Part shown: one piece after another, positions 1 through 16,074 of the stretch
Layout of the letters: each line of letters opens with the position of its first letter
Position numbering within the stretch: position 1 is the stretch's first letter
Source: the human T2T-CHM13v2.0 reference genome, Homo sapiens
Length of the DNA stretch: 64,000 nucleotides
Assembly: GCF_009914755.1 (NCBI RefSeq)
Contig: NC_060942.1
Direction: 5' to 3' (one strand)
Position numbers and translations under genes: made by a program
The notes under the pieces: model-generated
Seen by the model: the letters and a program-made list of their open reading frames with translations, nothing else
Databases searched by the model: none
Told to the model about the DNA's origin: nothing

Positions 1-257
1 TCGAGGAAAAAGACTTTCGTTTGCAAGTTTCATGGAAAATGACATAATCTTAAACTCCCCAGAATCCTTGCAACATTTATTTGTAGGTCCTTCCAATTAG
101 TTTATTTTCTATAGAAAGTCTGAGGTCTTGAATTATGTCCCAGAGTCAACATTAGATGAGTGAGCAACCTTTTGGTTCACCTCACTACTCTTGCACATCA
201 AATACAGATTTTGGCTGAAGGTATTCTTTTTGGAATAATCTTTCTCTGCAACTTTGA

Positions 258-539
<282 letters not shown>

Positions 540-1971
540 TAAGTAAACTTATATAACTCGAGGACTTTTAAAAGATAACTTGTAAATAGAATGGCCTCTT
601 CACTTAGGCCACATACCGTAATGGCAAATTAACCTCTATAAAGGCCTAATCTATCTATGCAGTCTACTTATTCATTTCCTAAGAAAGTGATTTACTCTGC
701 CTGACAGTATTTTATCCTCATCATTGAGTTTCAGCCTCCTCTGTTGAATTTTCAGATTTTTTGAGTTTGTAAAGAGTGTAACATCAAAGGTAAAAGAACA
801 ATAACATACAATTTCTAAATCCAGGGACTAATTTAAAAGCTTGAACACGCACCGCATGCACTGAAAAACCTACTAAAAGCAAATTGAGATTTGAGGAATA
901 TGAGAGATAACCTCTATTGGATAATCTCACTCCCTCTACCTTGAATCACTAGATTCAGCTATGTTTTTTTTTCACAAAGTAGAGCAGCTGAATGTTCTTT
1001 GACCAACGTATAATTCAATGATTTCAACTTTGATAAAGGAAGAGCTCCAGAATTACATATCGAAAACTATTTCTGTACTTGACAAAATTTTGTTTTTTCT
1101 TGTGCATTTCTAATGTTTTTTGAAAAGATTAGTTGCTGATGAGTCATTCGCCAAATTTGTTTTGTTTCGCATTAAAAAACAATTGGAATTTAAAATCAAA
1201 ATGAAATGCATGGCTACTTGTTAACAAGCTGCCTTATGTTAAACACCTAACTGTACCTGTTTCCTTTTTATATAACAAAATTTGTAATGATATTTTGATT
1301 TCCTGTTCATTTTACATGAAACTGTAAAGAGGTATATCAAAATCACCTCTTGTATTTTGGGAATAAGGTGAAGTAGAGATTGGAAATATTTTAACTGGTA
1401 ATTGTGAGAGAGTAACCTTTGTAGTCTATCACTTCTTGGGTGGTTTAAATCAGCAAGTCGAAGAAGAGAGAGCAGGAGATACAGTCTGAGTGCACTTTCC
1501 ACAGAATCTCCATCCTTTCTTTCATTTGGCCAGGGCTACAGAGACAAGATGATAACAAATTGGAATAAAGTATTAATTGAAGGGACGGAAGAGGGCTAAG
1601 TTGTGCAAGTACTACAAATATTTGCCTCACAGAAATAAAAACCTCAACAACTTCAAAAGCATAGTCATGTTGAGGTTCCAGACAATTATTTGGAAATGCA
1701 GGCCCCCAGGCATAATAATAATTTGTAGGACCCAAATAATTTCTGTTTGCAAAATAAAAACACAGGGGCACATTGTTAAAAATTATTAAGATTATGGGAT
1801 GGCTACAGCAGAACGTGAGTCCTTGCACAACTTCACCCTTTGCTGCCTATGAGCTGGTCCTGCTCCCAGGTTTCTGTTCTGGGCAATGTTTTGTTGCTGT
1901 ACTGATTTAAATCACTAAACAATGCCAATTTCCTCTTCATAATGTCTATATTAACATAACATTTCAATCTT

Positions 1972-2216
1972 CTTTTTTTATTTTTGTGACGGAGTCTCAC
2001 TCTCTTGCCCAGACTGGAGTGCAGTGGCACAATCGCGGCTCATTGCAACCTCCGCCTCCAAGGTTCAAGCGATTCCCAGCTAATTTTTGTATTTTTAGCA
2101 GAGACGAGCTTTCGCCATTTTGGCCAGGCTGGTCTCGAACTCCTGACCTCAAGTGATCCCCCTGCCTCGGCCTCCCAATGTGCTAGGATTACAGGCAGGA
2201 GCCATCGCGCCCAGCC
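1972..2216 (-). mobile_element. Alu (S-like) with ~50-bp internal deletion in the right arm
   Basis: T-tail, gacggagtctcac...; ggttcaagcgattc joined directly to ccagctaatttttg. Confidence 0.92.
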
Positions 2217-5200
2217 CAACATTTGGGTCTCAATTGCTTTATTGACTTTCTCTTCATAGATCATCTATGTAAAATCAATAACTTTTATGACTATTTTATA
2301 TTTTTGATTAAAAGCAAATTAGGTTTTACATATATATAATACACACACACTATATATGGTATATCTCATGTGATAGATAGGTCAACAATTTAAAAACTCT
2401 TGAAAAATTCCTTAAAGAAATCCTTGATAAATTTTCCAGTATTGGAACTAGCTTTAAAAGCATGCTCATTTTCAAAAGATCAAATCTCCATGGATTATCT
2501 GAATTTTTCATCTCCTAGTTCTAAAATTATCGTAAAATTGTTATACTGTACTTTTCAGAGCTGACTAGTCATGATTACATTGCATTTCTGATAAAAATCC
2601 TGGTTGGTTAGCCTTGCTTTGTAAGAATGAGCATTTTTTTTCCCCTTGATCAATACTATTGTTTCTAAGCATTCAACTTAAGAAAGCAATTTTCAGTGTT
2701 TTAAAATTTTACTTCTTTTTTTTTTTTTTTTAACACCAACGTTCCCAAGCCAAGGGACAGTAAAGTATTTTCGTTTTTGACACTGGCTAAGAACACTCAT
2801 TCCATAAAAATTAAAAAAAATAAAAACTATGATAAAATGATACAATATATTCTGCTATTTTAATATAATTAAGTTAAAAAGAATAATGATTTTTTTGTAT
2901 CACACATATGGCCTTAACTTTGTAAAACACAAACAATGACATAATTCATAAGTATGTTTAATAAACATTTATTATGTTCCTAACACTGTTCCAGGCTGCA
3001 TGAGGCATGTTAGAAAAGCATATGTGAGTAATAAAGCAGCAGTATTTATGGATCTCAGCAGATTTGGGGGGAAGCAGGTATTTTAAATATGTAACAATAA
3101 CAAAACAACTCGAGTAGGGGAACTTATAAGAAGTTGGTAAATGGAATACAAACAATCTGAGTCACAGATTTGCTCGTGGGCCCATGACCTGTGATGGCTG
3201 CAGCATATTACCTAGTTAATTTCTTATGCCCAGATCATACTGCATCCACCTCCTCAAATCAGTCTTGTAATCCAGTTACAATGACAGCCATGTCTATGCT
3301 TTATATATCACACATTCCTTCCCATTCAGAAAGCAGTGTGAAAAATTTGTGCAGAGCACCTCACTGGACCCAAGTCTCTATAAGCATTTACTTTGCTTAA
3401 CAATTAGCGTAAATGATAAGGCATAAAATAACAAAAGCCTAACTGAATAAAACATGCTGATTGTTGGTATTGTTGTCACATATAAATTCTATTCTCTAAG
3501 AAATGAAAATGAAGAATCTCTCTGCTTTAGAAACATGATGCAGCCATGAATCTTTTTCATTAATGGCAGCAATAACAGCCTTAGAATGCTAACCATATTT
3601 TGGCCTTTAGTAACAGCATTGTTCTATTAAATTACCCATTTTCTTACCAGTATATGGAATAAGGATACCTTTGCAGATCATTGTTTATTTGCACTATGAT
3701 TTGATTCTGTTTCACTGAACATTGCCACTGGATAATTCCTCCCTTACTGAGTAGATAAGTAGTTAGGAATAAAGTAGCCTGCATAAACAAGACATTCAGA
3801 ATATCCTTTACATGTGCAAGAGAGTTAGCCAATTGCTTCAATTCATGTATATTGAGTACTACTAAACTCACTTGCCGTCTTTCTTACGGACATTAGAATA
3901 AATAAATTATATTATCATGAGTGATAGGCATTGCATGTGTATTTTATCTTCTGTTGGTAACATAAAATGCCATTTTGGCAATTTGAAAGTATTTCTAGGA
4001 TAAGGAGCACTTACTTCATCTTCTCCAAGCCTGCTCAATAAGACACCCAATTACTGAAGAAGATGGAATATACCAGAGATCCTATGGTTCCTTTCCTTTC
4101 CTTTCCCATTCCTTCCTCCCTTCCTCCTTCCCGCCATCCTTCCCTCTTTGTTATAAGCCCATCTTTCTGTCCTTAAGAGAAAATGCGAGGGCTGGTTTTA
4201 TGACTTCGCTAGACTATCAGAATTTAGTGGCAAGATCAGGTTAAAGAAAACGTTTTCATCAATATTTCTTTTCTGACAAAATGATCTTATCTTTTGAAAA
4301 TGGGTCTCAGCTGAGTATGCATTTGGTTGCTGCTTTTATCAATGTTTTCCAAATGTGATGTAGTAATTGTACACTAAAATTACATAGCTTGTATACAAAT
4401 TGAATTTCAAGTTTTTCATATTATTTGAAAATATCAACTCTATTATACAAACCATATTTGCAAAGAATAAAACTGATGGAAAATATGTCTGAAATATAAA
4501 TCAGCCAGCAACTGTTTCTAAAAGTGCATACATTTTGTAGTAATCATTTAAAGAGATCGACAGCCCAAGATCCAGTTTATGAAATAATTGCTCGAAATAG
4601 AAAGGCTTGATTTATATGAAGGTTTGTGTCCTCTGATGGTATCTTCCTTTGCTAAACCCTTGCCCATTCTCCCCTGCCTTTATGGTATGTAATTTCTCTA
4701 CCATATTATCAGCCAGGATTTAAGTCCCTGTCTGCTTAAGACTTGTCTAATCTTTTCATACCACATGTGGAGATTTTTTGAATTATTATTTGCAGTCCTT
4801 TAAGATCCTGTTAAGGCGGTTTAATCATAAAGGATGTTAAAATGGACCACATACTGGCTTGAGGGCTTGAGTTAGAATGGGAAGCCTATTTGCAAGACCA
4901 CAACTCAATTACCTACAAAACTCTTTTAGATTTAAGAGTTGTAAGTAATATTCTTAGTCTATTATATTCTTTACACTAAAAAGATGAGTGAAAGCAACCC
5001 ACCAATTTGAGTGACTTTAGAATATATTATCTAGAGGAATAGCCATATTTGCTTCTTTCCTCCTTCATGAGATTTTAAAAATTCTAATATGGCTCTACTT
5101 GTATGGTTGTTAGGAAAAGAACAGAGAAGTTCAAATAATGTCTCTGAACATTACTACCTGTATCCTAGAGCAAGTTTGTCAATCATCGAGACCTCAGTTT

Positions 5201-5636
5201 CCTGAACTATAAACGGGAGTATCATTTATTCCTCTTCTTCCTAAGTTGCAAAAATGAAATATGATAACACGTGGGCAGCCACTGGGTCTTGCCTGGCATC
5301 TCATTTAAAAAAAAAAAAAAAAAAAACTCCCTGATCCAACGGGATCAAATAAGAACATAATTTCAACTGCTCTACATTTACAAACAAAGTGGGATACTCA
5401 TCAGGGTAATCACTTGGGTAAATAAGGCTAATATAATACCTCATTTATAGTTTAGAACTAGCTTGATCACTATACAGTCAGCACATTTACATACTCTGCT
5501 ACTTTCTCCCTAATTAACCTCTCCTTAGCATTTGGCAGGCTGTTATAGATTGCCTTGTCTAAATTTTGAAGTCTTATGAACAGAAAGTGCTACATTATCC
5601 CGTAAGATGTATCACAGCATTGCCATTTTATAAATA

Positions 5637-6087
5637 AAGCCATGTGTCACTTAAGGAAGGAAATACATTCCAAGAAATGCATCATTAATTGTTTCATTTT
5701 TCTGAGAACATAATAGTGTCTTACACACCTAGAAGGTAGAGCCTACTACACACCTAGGCTCTATGGTATAGTCTACTACACACCTAGGCTATATGGTATA
5801 GTCTACTATACACCTAGGCTATATGGTATAGCCTATTGCTCCTAGGCTGCAAACCTGTATAGCATGTGACGGTACTGAATACTGCAGGCAATTATAACAC
5901 AGTGGTATATGTTTGTACATCTGAGCATGTCTAAACATAGAAAAGGTAATGCATTGCATTAGAATGATATGATAGCAAGATGTCACTAGGCGATAGAAAT
6001 TTTTCAACTTCATTATATTCTTATGGGACCACCTTGGTATATCTGGGCTGTTGCTGATCAAAACATTGTTATGTGACACTTGGCTGT
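5637..6087. mobile_element. Tigger3/MER7-type DNA transposon remnant with internal 30-bp triplication
   Basis: Degenerate TIRs agccatgtgtcacttaa / ttatgtgacacttggct; characteristic ctactacacacctaggctatatggtatagcctattgctcctaggct. Confidence 0.8.
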
Positions 6088-6705
6088 CATTGGTTGGTTG
6101 ATGCTGGTAGAATATGGTTTGGGAAAGATACAAAATATCAGTTATATTTATTAAAGTATGGTTACATAAATTAAGCAAACTAAGTTGATCACAGCTCTGT
6201 CTAGCTCATTACTTTTGTCACTTGATTTACAATGATTAACTGCACTGCACTGAGATTTGAATAAATATTTGGGGTGACCACTATGGCAAACCTGTCCACT
6301 CGACAACAATTCAGTTGTCTGATCCCGTACATGGCCAGACATAAATAATGGAAAGAAGTAAAGATAAGCACTGGCATTACATCTTTTTTGGTAGCATACA
6401 AATACATTATTTTAAAAGTCTCTGGATGTAAAAAAATGTTTTCAGGTGTTATAAATAAGAGATGGGGAACGTTAAAAATTTATGGTTTAGTATCCTCTGT
6501 GACCAAAGGCTTAAGGAATTCATTTAGATTTAATGGTCAATTAGGCTAGGTATGATGTCTTTGATAATGACATATATTAGTGGAAGGATTACAGGTGGGC
6601 TTGAGATGATGGGTTGTTTAATCACCTCTAGAAGACTTCAAAGCAAATGTGAGTCACTGTGTTCTTTCTTCATTCATTTAAAAATATTTATTTTGTGCTA
6701 AGTTC

Positions 6706-6992
6706 TAGAACTACAGTTTCCAGTACAGTAACCACAAGCCACATTGGTCTATTTAAATTTAAAAGTATTGAAATAAAATAAAATTTAAAATTCAGTTTGT
6801 CAGTCACAATAGCCCTATTCCAACTTCTTAGTAGCACTTAAAATTTAAATAAAATTAAAAACCAAAAATTCAACTTATCTCTCTTGTGAGCCACATCTCA
6901 CGAATTCATATATGATTACTGGCTACTGTATTGGAGATCACAGAGAACATTTCCATTATTTCAGAAAGTTCTCTCAGACAGTGGCAGTCTAG
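6706..6992. mobile_element. MER33/MER3-like hAT-Charlie element
   Basis: ctag termini; accacaagccacat...aaatttaaaattcagtt...ggctactgtattgga...gaacatttccatt...gaaagttct motifs. Confidence 0.6.
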
Positions 6993-8011
6993 GCACTATG
7001 CTGGTAAACGAGGATACAAATGCAAGTCAGAAATGGTCCTAACTTTCAAGGAACTGGTAGTCTAGTGGAAACAACTTTAAATAGAATTCACTAAAAACAG
7101 CTTTCACAGATTTCATCTCCCTGAACAAAATTGTTCAGTTTTGTTCAAAACAAAAAAGTTAATTATGTGCTAAAATAATAGACATGATTTTTTAAAGGCC
7201 ACAGAATCTAGACCTGAAGATATGCTGTTTATTTACTTAAGTTAGTTAATCACATTAAAAATCCATTACCTGGAAAAATACATAAGCATCTTCCGAAGTT
7301 CAACTGAAAGTGAAGGACATAGCTTACTAGTTGCTTGGGTTGAACAGTGGTATATCGTAAGTGTAATTTCCCTAAGAAGCTTCTGCTGGCTCTCTTATTT
7401 TCTCTTTTCTTTTGAGCACACAGTACGATTCAGGCTTCTTCAGTTGGTATAACCAAACATCTAGAAAATTTATCTGCTTCATGAGAAATTGCATAGAAAG
7501 AAAGCTAACTTCTCATAGATAGACATAAGGGAGTGTAGGAAAGGGGATAAGAAAGTGTCATAATAATTATTGGTTTTCAGGCAGCACGGTCAACTAGTCT
7601 AGGAGAAAGAGGTTCCCTAAGTAGATCTGATTTGGGTTTAATCGCCTAGTTTGGTTATATGCCCTACTAAACGTGAAAGCGGTTGGTTTGCTAAGCTGAA
7701 TTAGAGCAAAAGCCAGCATGAACATCTTCGGGGATATTGTCGTCATGCTGGTGCAGCTGAATGAAACTCTACTCCAAGGACATGAGCTGAGCTGCTTTAG
7801 GCAACCGCTTTGATGGAGAGCTGATGAACACCACTGAGAAAGGGTAAAGATAGAAAGGAATAAGGCATTTTAATCACATGTGTATTGAAGCACTCCCTCA
7901 TCTTTAGAGCATATTTTTCTATGCAGTTCATAAGTATTTACTGAGCACCAACTATGTATCCAGCCTTTTATAACATGCTTGGGATAGAAAATAAAATAAG
8001 GGCAGAAGTTT

Positions 8012-8724
<713 letters not shown>

Positions 8725-9924
8725 TCTATTTCCTTTTTTTAACCTAAAGTTAGTGTTACAAAGTTTCATTGTGTAATTAATGCATAATCTAACGCAGATA
8801 TAATTTGATGCACAAACCATATTGCCTTTTAGTATAAAATATTTTAGTATATTTTAGAAATTATCTGATCTAACACTCCACCAAAATTAAGTAAAACTCC
8901 CTTTTAAATTACTGTACTATTTTATGGATTCTTTTAACTGCAGGTTATATTCTGCCTGCTGTAATATATGGTGAATTTTACATGTTACATAAAAAGTCAA
9001 TAATATGACTTTAGCTATTTTTCTTTAACTCCAATGTTCTTACATTATGTTACTTTAATTGCCCAATCTTTCCTCCTTGGGGAACCCAAGATCCCATGCA
9101 ATGAGGAGTTGAGTTGGGACAGAATTTCTGATTACAGGCTATTCTGCAGGGAGCGGAGATTACCATGAGTTAAAATAGAAAGATTTTAAGCCTATGACAA
9201 GCAATTACTGCTTCTAATTGTAGCTGTTAAAGTCAAAGCTGAGATGGTGTCACTCATTTCTGGAAGGAAATGACCACAGATTTGTATCAATTGAAAGTCA
9301 AGCAATGGAACTCTAAGCCCATGGTCAGTGCTAGTAACTTGTACATTGTCCTCTTATTTAAACCTATAATTGGTGTTATAAATTATAACTCTGGGTACCC
9401 AGAGTCTGACACATTTCCCGGTGCCCTGAAACATAATTTTAAATCCATCAACACTTTAAGATAGTAGATTCCAACCATTGAAATGTGCAACCAATAAACC
9501 TGGGGACCAGAGCTTTTAAGGCTAGCCATAGAATACGTCAGTGCATTAGTGAGAGCCCAAGGCCTATGTCTAGATTCCTAAGTACAGGCATGCTTATCCT
9601 AAACAATGGGCTTACAATAATGGCAGTTTCTCTTCCTGAAATGGAAATATCACTTTAAAAAATAAGCAAAAGATCTGTGTTCTAGACTGAGATTTATCTG
9701 TATTCTGCTGTTTGTTTTTGGGGAAGTCAGTTACCTGGTCTGATTCTCAAATTTTTATAAAATAAGGATCATACTGCTTGTTTTGGGATAATATGAAGGG
9801 GCACTAGAAAAGCCTCATTAAGGAACACTGCTAACTGATCTTACACAATTTACCTCAATTTCATTGATTTTTCAAATGTCTCCCTTAGAAATAAGTAAGT
9901 GAACTTGTTAACCCATTTGGGTGT

Positions 9925-10357
9925 TGCATTATTTATCTAGGGCTACCTTAACAAAGTGCCACAAACTTGGTGTCTCCAAACAACAAAATGTATTTTCTGA
10001 CCTTTCTGGAGCCTAGAAGTCCGAAATCGAGGTGTCAGTAGGGCTATATTTCCTCTGAAAATGCTTCAGAAAAATCCTTCCTTGCCTCTTCCTAGCTTCT
10101 GGTGGCTTCTGGCAATCCTTGGCATTCCTTGGCTGGTAGCTGCATAATTTCAGTCTCTGCCTGCATCTCCACATGGCCTTCTCCTCTCTGTGTCTCTGTG
10201 AGTCCTCTTCTCTTCTTATAATATACTTGGAATGCACCAAAATCCAGTATAACCTTGTCTTAACTAATTATATCTGCAAAGATATGTCATCAAATAAGGT
10301 CACATTCTGAGGTTCTGGGTGTACATGAATTTTTGGAGTACTATTCAACCCGATATA
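9925..10357. mobile_element. MaLR solo LTR (MLT1B/C-like)
   Basis: taacaaagtgccacaaact...ttctggagcctagaagtcc...cttgcctcttcctagcttctggtgg...aaggtcacattctgagg...ctattcaaccc. Confidence 0.75.
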
Positions 10358-10444
10358 CTGCCCTGTGAATCTTAGTAAGAATTCTTACAGATTCTTAGTA
10401 CGATTCAATGTCATCTGTTGGAGGACTGAGCAAACTATGAAGTA

Positions 10445-10550
10445 TATATTATGTTTGTATGTATTTATGTGCATGTATATATATGTGTGTGTGTATATAT
10501 GTGTATATGTGTAGATATGTGTATATGTATATATGTGTGTGTATATATAT
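10445..10550. repeat. (TA/TG)-mixed low-complexity repeat
   Basis: tatatatgtgtgtgtgtatatatgtgtatatg... directly visible. Confidence 0.85.
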
Positions 10551-11233
10551 TCAGGTCATAGCTGTTAAAATCAGAGTCCAGATATTGGCATTAGTGTCTG
10601 GAAGAAAAACATTTTAGGGATTTTATCAATTGAAGGTCAAACAGTAGAAATCCAAACCTGTGGTCAATGTTAGTAAGTTTTCACAGGCAGCTTAAAACAT
10701 AGCAATGCCAACACAATTTTATATATATATAAACTTTTCCATATATAGTGTATATATATATAATTGTATATGTACATATAGCATATATGTATACATATAG
10801 AAAATTAAAGTGTATGTCTATACAGGTATATACATACATTAATTAGCAAGCTATATTTTTCATTTTAAAAACCATTTCAGTCACTGCCTCTCAAGCAAAG
10901 TAGAAATGTTGGTATTAACAGACATCCCTAGTGTCCTTAAAATCATATTTGCTATGCTCTTACCTTCTTCATCTCTTCAGAATTCTAACCCTGCCTTGTA
11001 AGTTGTAGGACATAGCACTTTCTGAATATTAAGGACTGCAAACTGCTTAGGTGGCCTGAAGGAAACTAATAAGTGAATGAAGTTAGCCAAATAACAGATT
11101 TTGCTGAAGGTGCCTGTGAGATCTGTTACAGACATTGACCACATGCTTGGATTTCTACTGTTTGACCTTCAGTTGATAAAAACCCCTGGTTTTCTTCCAG
11201 ACACTGATGCCAACAACAGGACTCTGATTTTTA

Positions 11234-11529
<296 letters not shown>

Positions 11530-11758
11530 AGGACTCTGATTTTTAACACCTGTGGCCTGAAACAGTAATTGTGTGCCATCACCTTAAAATCTTTCAACTT
11601 CAGAAGAATAGCAATACTTTGACCTGTAAAATATCCTGTAAGCAAGAATTCTGGCCCAACCCAACTCCTACATTAGATATGACAAAATTAAATGCAAAAA
11701 AACTAATAGTGTCAGAGCCAGAGTTTGAACCTAGCATAATATTCCTACTACACTGCTA

Positions 11759-11762
<4 letters not shown>

Positions 11763-11795
<33 letters not shown>
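11763..11795. repeat. (TG)16 microsatellite
   Basis: Direct read. Confidence 0.95.
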
Positions 11796-11797
<2 letters not shown>

Positions 11798-11957
11798 ACA
11801 AACTAAGATTAGCCATGATCGTTTCAGGAAAAATGATCAAACATTAATTACCTTTTGATAACAGTTCTTTAATGAGTTAAAATTCTTATTAATTCACCAT
11901 TGATAAAAATTAGTTCAGAAAACATAGCAGTGACAACATAATATTTTTAAAATCTCA

Positions 11958-12362
<405 letters not shown>

Positions 12363-14049
12363 TCACCTATTTGATTTTAACTCTCAGTTGAATTTCTTGA
12401 TTCAAAGCCCTCTCCTATGGCCTTGCAGTGAAATAAAAAATAATGATTACTACTTCTATTCTTCAGAGGGGTTAATTGGCTTGTAGTTCAGTATAAGCTC
12501 TTCACAAAAATGTTGAGGACTCCCAGAAATGAGTAGATGTTAATTTTGATGGTATGGTTCATTATCTAACATATTATTTAAGAGCAAAAACAATATAATA
12601 ATAAATTTAACATATCACTTACATTTTTATTTATGCCACAGAGTGTTTAAATTAAACAGCTTGATTAATTTTTATCACTTTGGATATAATATGTTTTGTA
12701 TTTTCTTTATAACCTCATATTTTTATAGTATTTTTGCCAATCTTCTTAAAAATATTTAATTTTGTAGTATTACAACTAATTTCACTTATTTTTACTTTCA
12801 ATGTGCCTACTAGAAAATTTAAATTACATGTATTTGTAGCTTATATTCATATTGGACAGTGATTGCTTATATGTATATTGCTTGTGTCTTATGTCCAGTC
12901 AAAAGGAAGTCAAGAAGGTTGACAATCTGAAATTAAATTGAGTTTTCGAGTTACCAAAATACAGTGGTTAAATTTAACTCTTCTCAAATAACTGTTTCTA
13001 AAAGTTATCTAAATAACATTCATAGTTAACTGTTTTCCTTATTTTACTCAGTGTTTACTCAGCATGATAACAGCTCTTGAGCATGAGTCAGTCATTTTTT
13101 TTTTCCTGTTGATCTGGCACTTTGTGTCACCAATAGAAATAAAAGCAAAAGTGGGGTTGGCTAGAGAAAGGGGAATTGTTGATCCAGAGCAGCACACCAG
13201 GGTTCCCGTATTCAGTTTTACCTAAAGTCATTCTCCAGCTTCTGTGAGACGATTTACTGCTGAAGTCTATTTGTCTTCCTGCTGCTATCTCTGAACAAGC
13301 CCAAACCTTCCATGTGGTTAATAAACTTCTTATCTTTTGAATACTGAAAATAAAATAAACTTAATCCTCAGGGTGGTTCAGTCAGCCGACCAGAAGCCTT
13401 TGAGATGCTTCTTAGAGATACAGGAAAACTAGGTTTTCTGCCCTGTGTGATTATCAATCTTTCCATTGCATGCATGTATGTGGAAGGGCGTTAAAGGTGC
13501 TTCTCAGTGATAAATGTCAGCGAAATCGCAAAGTGAATATTAATTTCAGTATTGTCAAGGTCAGATGTGTACCTGGGTTCATTGTTACTGGAATTTTTAT
13601 TGTTGCTGCTATTGGGAAAGATATTTTATCTTGGGCTCATTTTTTCAAGTATGGAGAAAGAGTGAGAAAAATTCCTCAATGTACATATACATTGCTCAGA
13701 AAAAAAGTACTGTAGCACAGTCTGGTCTGTTAATTAGGGAAATTATTTTGAGTCCCTAAAAAAAGATCAAGGTGTAAGTTTGGAGGAGTTAAGCTAGGTG
13801 GGAAACAGAGCAAACAGATGATCACGAGATCTGGAGACTAGCTGGTCTTCCTGAAAAGCAGCTGACTATCAATCAATAGAAAAAGCAGAAAATTGAAGAA
13901 GAAATAAAGAAGAAAATAGTTTGTGATGTGCCCATTAATAGAAGTAGGGTGTGAAATTATCTAACTGGGAGCTTATAAATTAAAAGAAGAGAAGATAGGG
14001 GAAGATGTTAGGTTATGAGTGTTCATACAGGAATGAATAACCAGCTGGA

Positions 14050-14900
14050 CATCTCTGTATACAGTGAACTGCCTCAAAGCCAGTGTGGTGGCAAACCTGT
14101 GAATTCACTCACCCACACGTCTCCACCTACACGCATGCCCAGTTTAGTCTATTCCAGTGTTTCCTTTCTCAGTGAACAACACCAGAATCACCTAGCTATG
14201 CAAATCTGTATTGCAGGAGTCATTCCTGATGCTTCCATCAACTTCACTCTCTTACCACCAATCCAAGTCCTGTTGATTTTACCGTCCCTATAGCTCTTAA
14301 ATCCCTGCCCTTCTTTTCATCTCCATGGCCAGCCATTATTCTAATTCAAGCTGTTTTCCTCTCTCTTCTGGACTATGGAATATTCTACCAATTGATATCT
14401 CAACACTCATCTGTGCCCCTTCAATTCACTGTCTGTGTACAGTAGACAAAGTGAAAAATGCTTAAAATGGGAATTTCTTTCTGATTTTTAGAATAAAAGA
14501 TCCACATCCTCCCAAGGCTTTTAAGGCCTGGCATGGACCTGCCCCCGAGAATTTTTCTCACCTCATTTGGACTCCTCTCCTCCCTGCACCTTAGGGTCCT
14601 GCCATATTAGACTGTGAGTTCTATGGAAGTGTTCACTCTTTCCCCTCAAATCCCCGCAGTGCCTGGAACACTGTAAAAATAGTTAACATTCATTGAGCAT
14701 TTCCTTTGTGCCAGATATAATTCATATATTATTTATTATTAATCTTCACAACAAACTTATCTGGTAAGCACTGCCCATTTTTTTTTAAATAAGGAAATTT
14801 AAACACAAAGACATTAAATAGCTTGATCCTAGCCACATAGCTTGAGTGAGTCTTCTGGATTTGAACCCTAAATCTCTGATTCTGGAGGGTATACCCTTTA
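14050..14900. mobile_element. Old L2 fragment followed by MIR-like fragment
   Basis: ggagtcattcctgatgcttcc...aagtcctgttgattttacc (L2-like); cattgagcatttcctttgtgccag...aatcttcacaac...ggatttgaaccc (MIR-like). Boundaries approximate. Confidence 0.55.
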
Positions 14901-15728
14901 CTGCTGGTCTCTGTTACCCAAGATGTAATAGATGGGATTTGCTGGCATCTTGGGCATCAAAGCATCCCGGAACTCTGACTTCCGTGAAACCTACGTGTTA
15001 GGAGAATAGAGTGCTAAATTTCTTCTTTAATTTATATTCCCTCCCAAAAGAGCCAGTTTACTCAAGGCAGTTCCTTATCTTTTAAAGCCTTGAAATAGAT
15101 AAACAATAAATTGATTCCCCGAAGAGATGGTATCTTTTAAGGTAGGATCTTTTTTTCATTATGTAGAAAAATCTGCTCACTTGACTGTCTGAAAAAAGAT
15201 TACTTGCTTCCTTTTCCTCTAATAAATGACAGCAGGGCTTTTTTATAAAAGCAATCTATACCTGTCATTTATTGCTCTATTAAAACTACAAACATCAGAT
15301 ATTGATTGTTCCCATATTGACCATAATACAAGCCAATTTTGAGAAAGGTTGCTGGGTTTAGTCACATTATCACCATGGGAAACACTCTGAGTTGTGCATA
15401 AGCTGAAGACACCTGCCTCTGGTGCATATCTATTTATAGAGAACTGAGATTTTTGCATGCAGAAATACAATCTTGAGATATATACAGGCTCAAATCAATG
15501 TGAAGTAAGCAAGAAGCCAGTGAATGCCCTTTCTGAAGGTTTCTGCTTGGGAGTCTTCTAAAGAATTAAACATCAATTTATGGTTTGTAGAGTATGGAGA
15601 TATAACAACAAATGAAACTCGATGTGGATTATTTATGAGGAGGTTAAAAGGCTCCATTTATATCGGTGATGTCACATGTCTGGATCATCCTGGCTTTTCT
15701 ATCAGGGACTCTGTTGGCCAGGTTTGGT

Positions 15729-16074
<346 letters not shown>

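Noticed and set aside
5743-5832. Regularly spaced 30-bp repeats resembling a CRISPR array
   Set aside because: No unique spacers, eukaryotic context, lies within a Tigger element.
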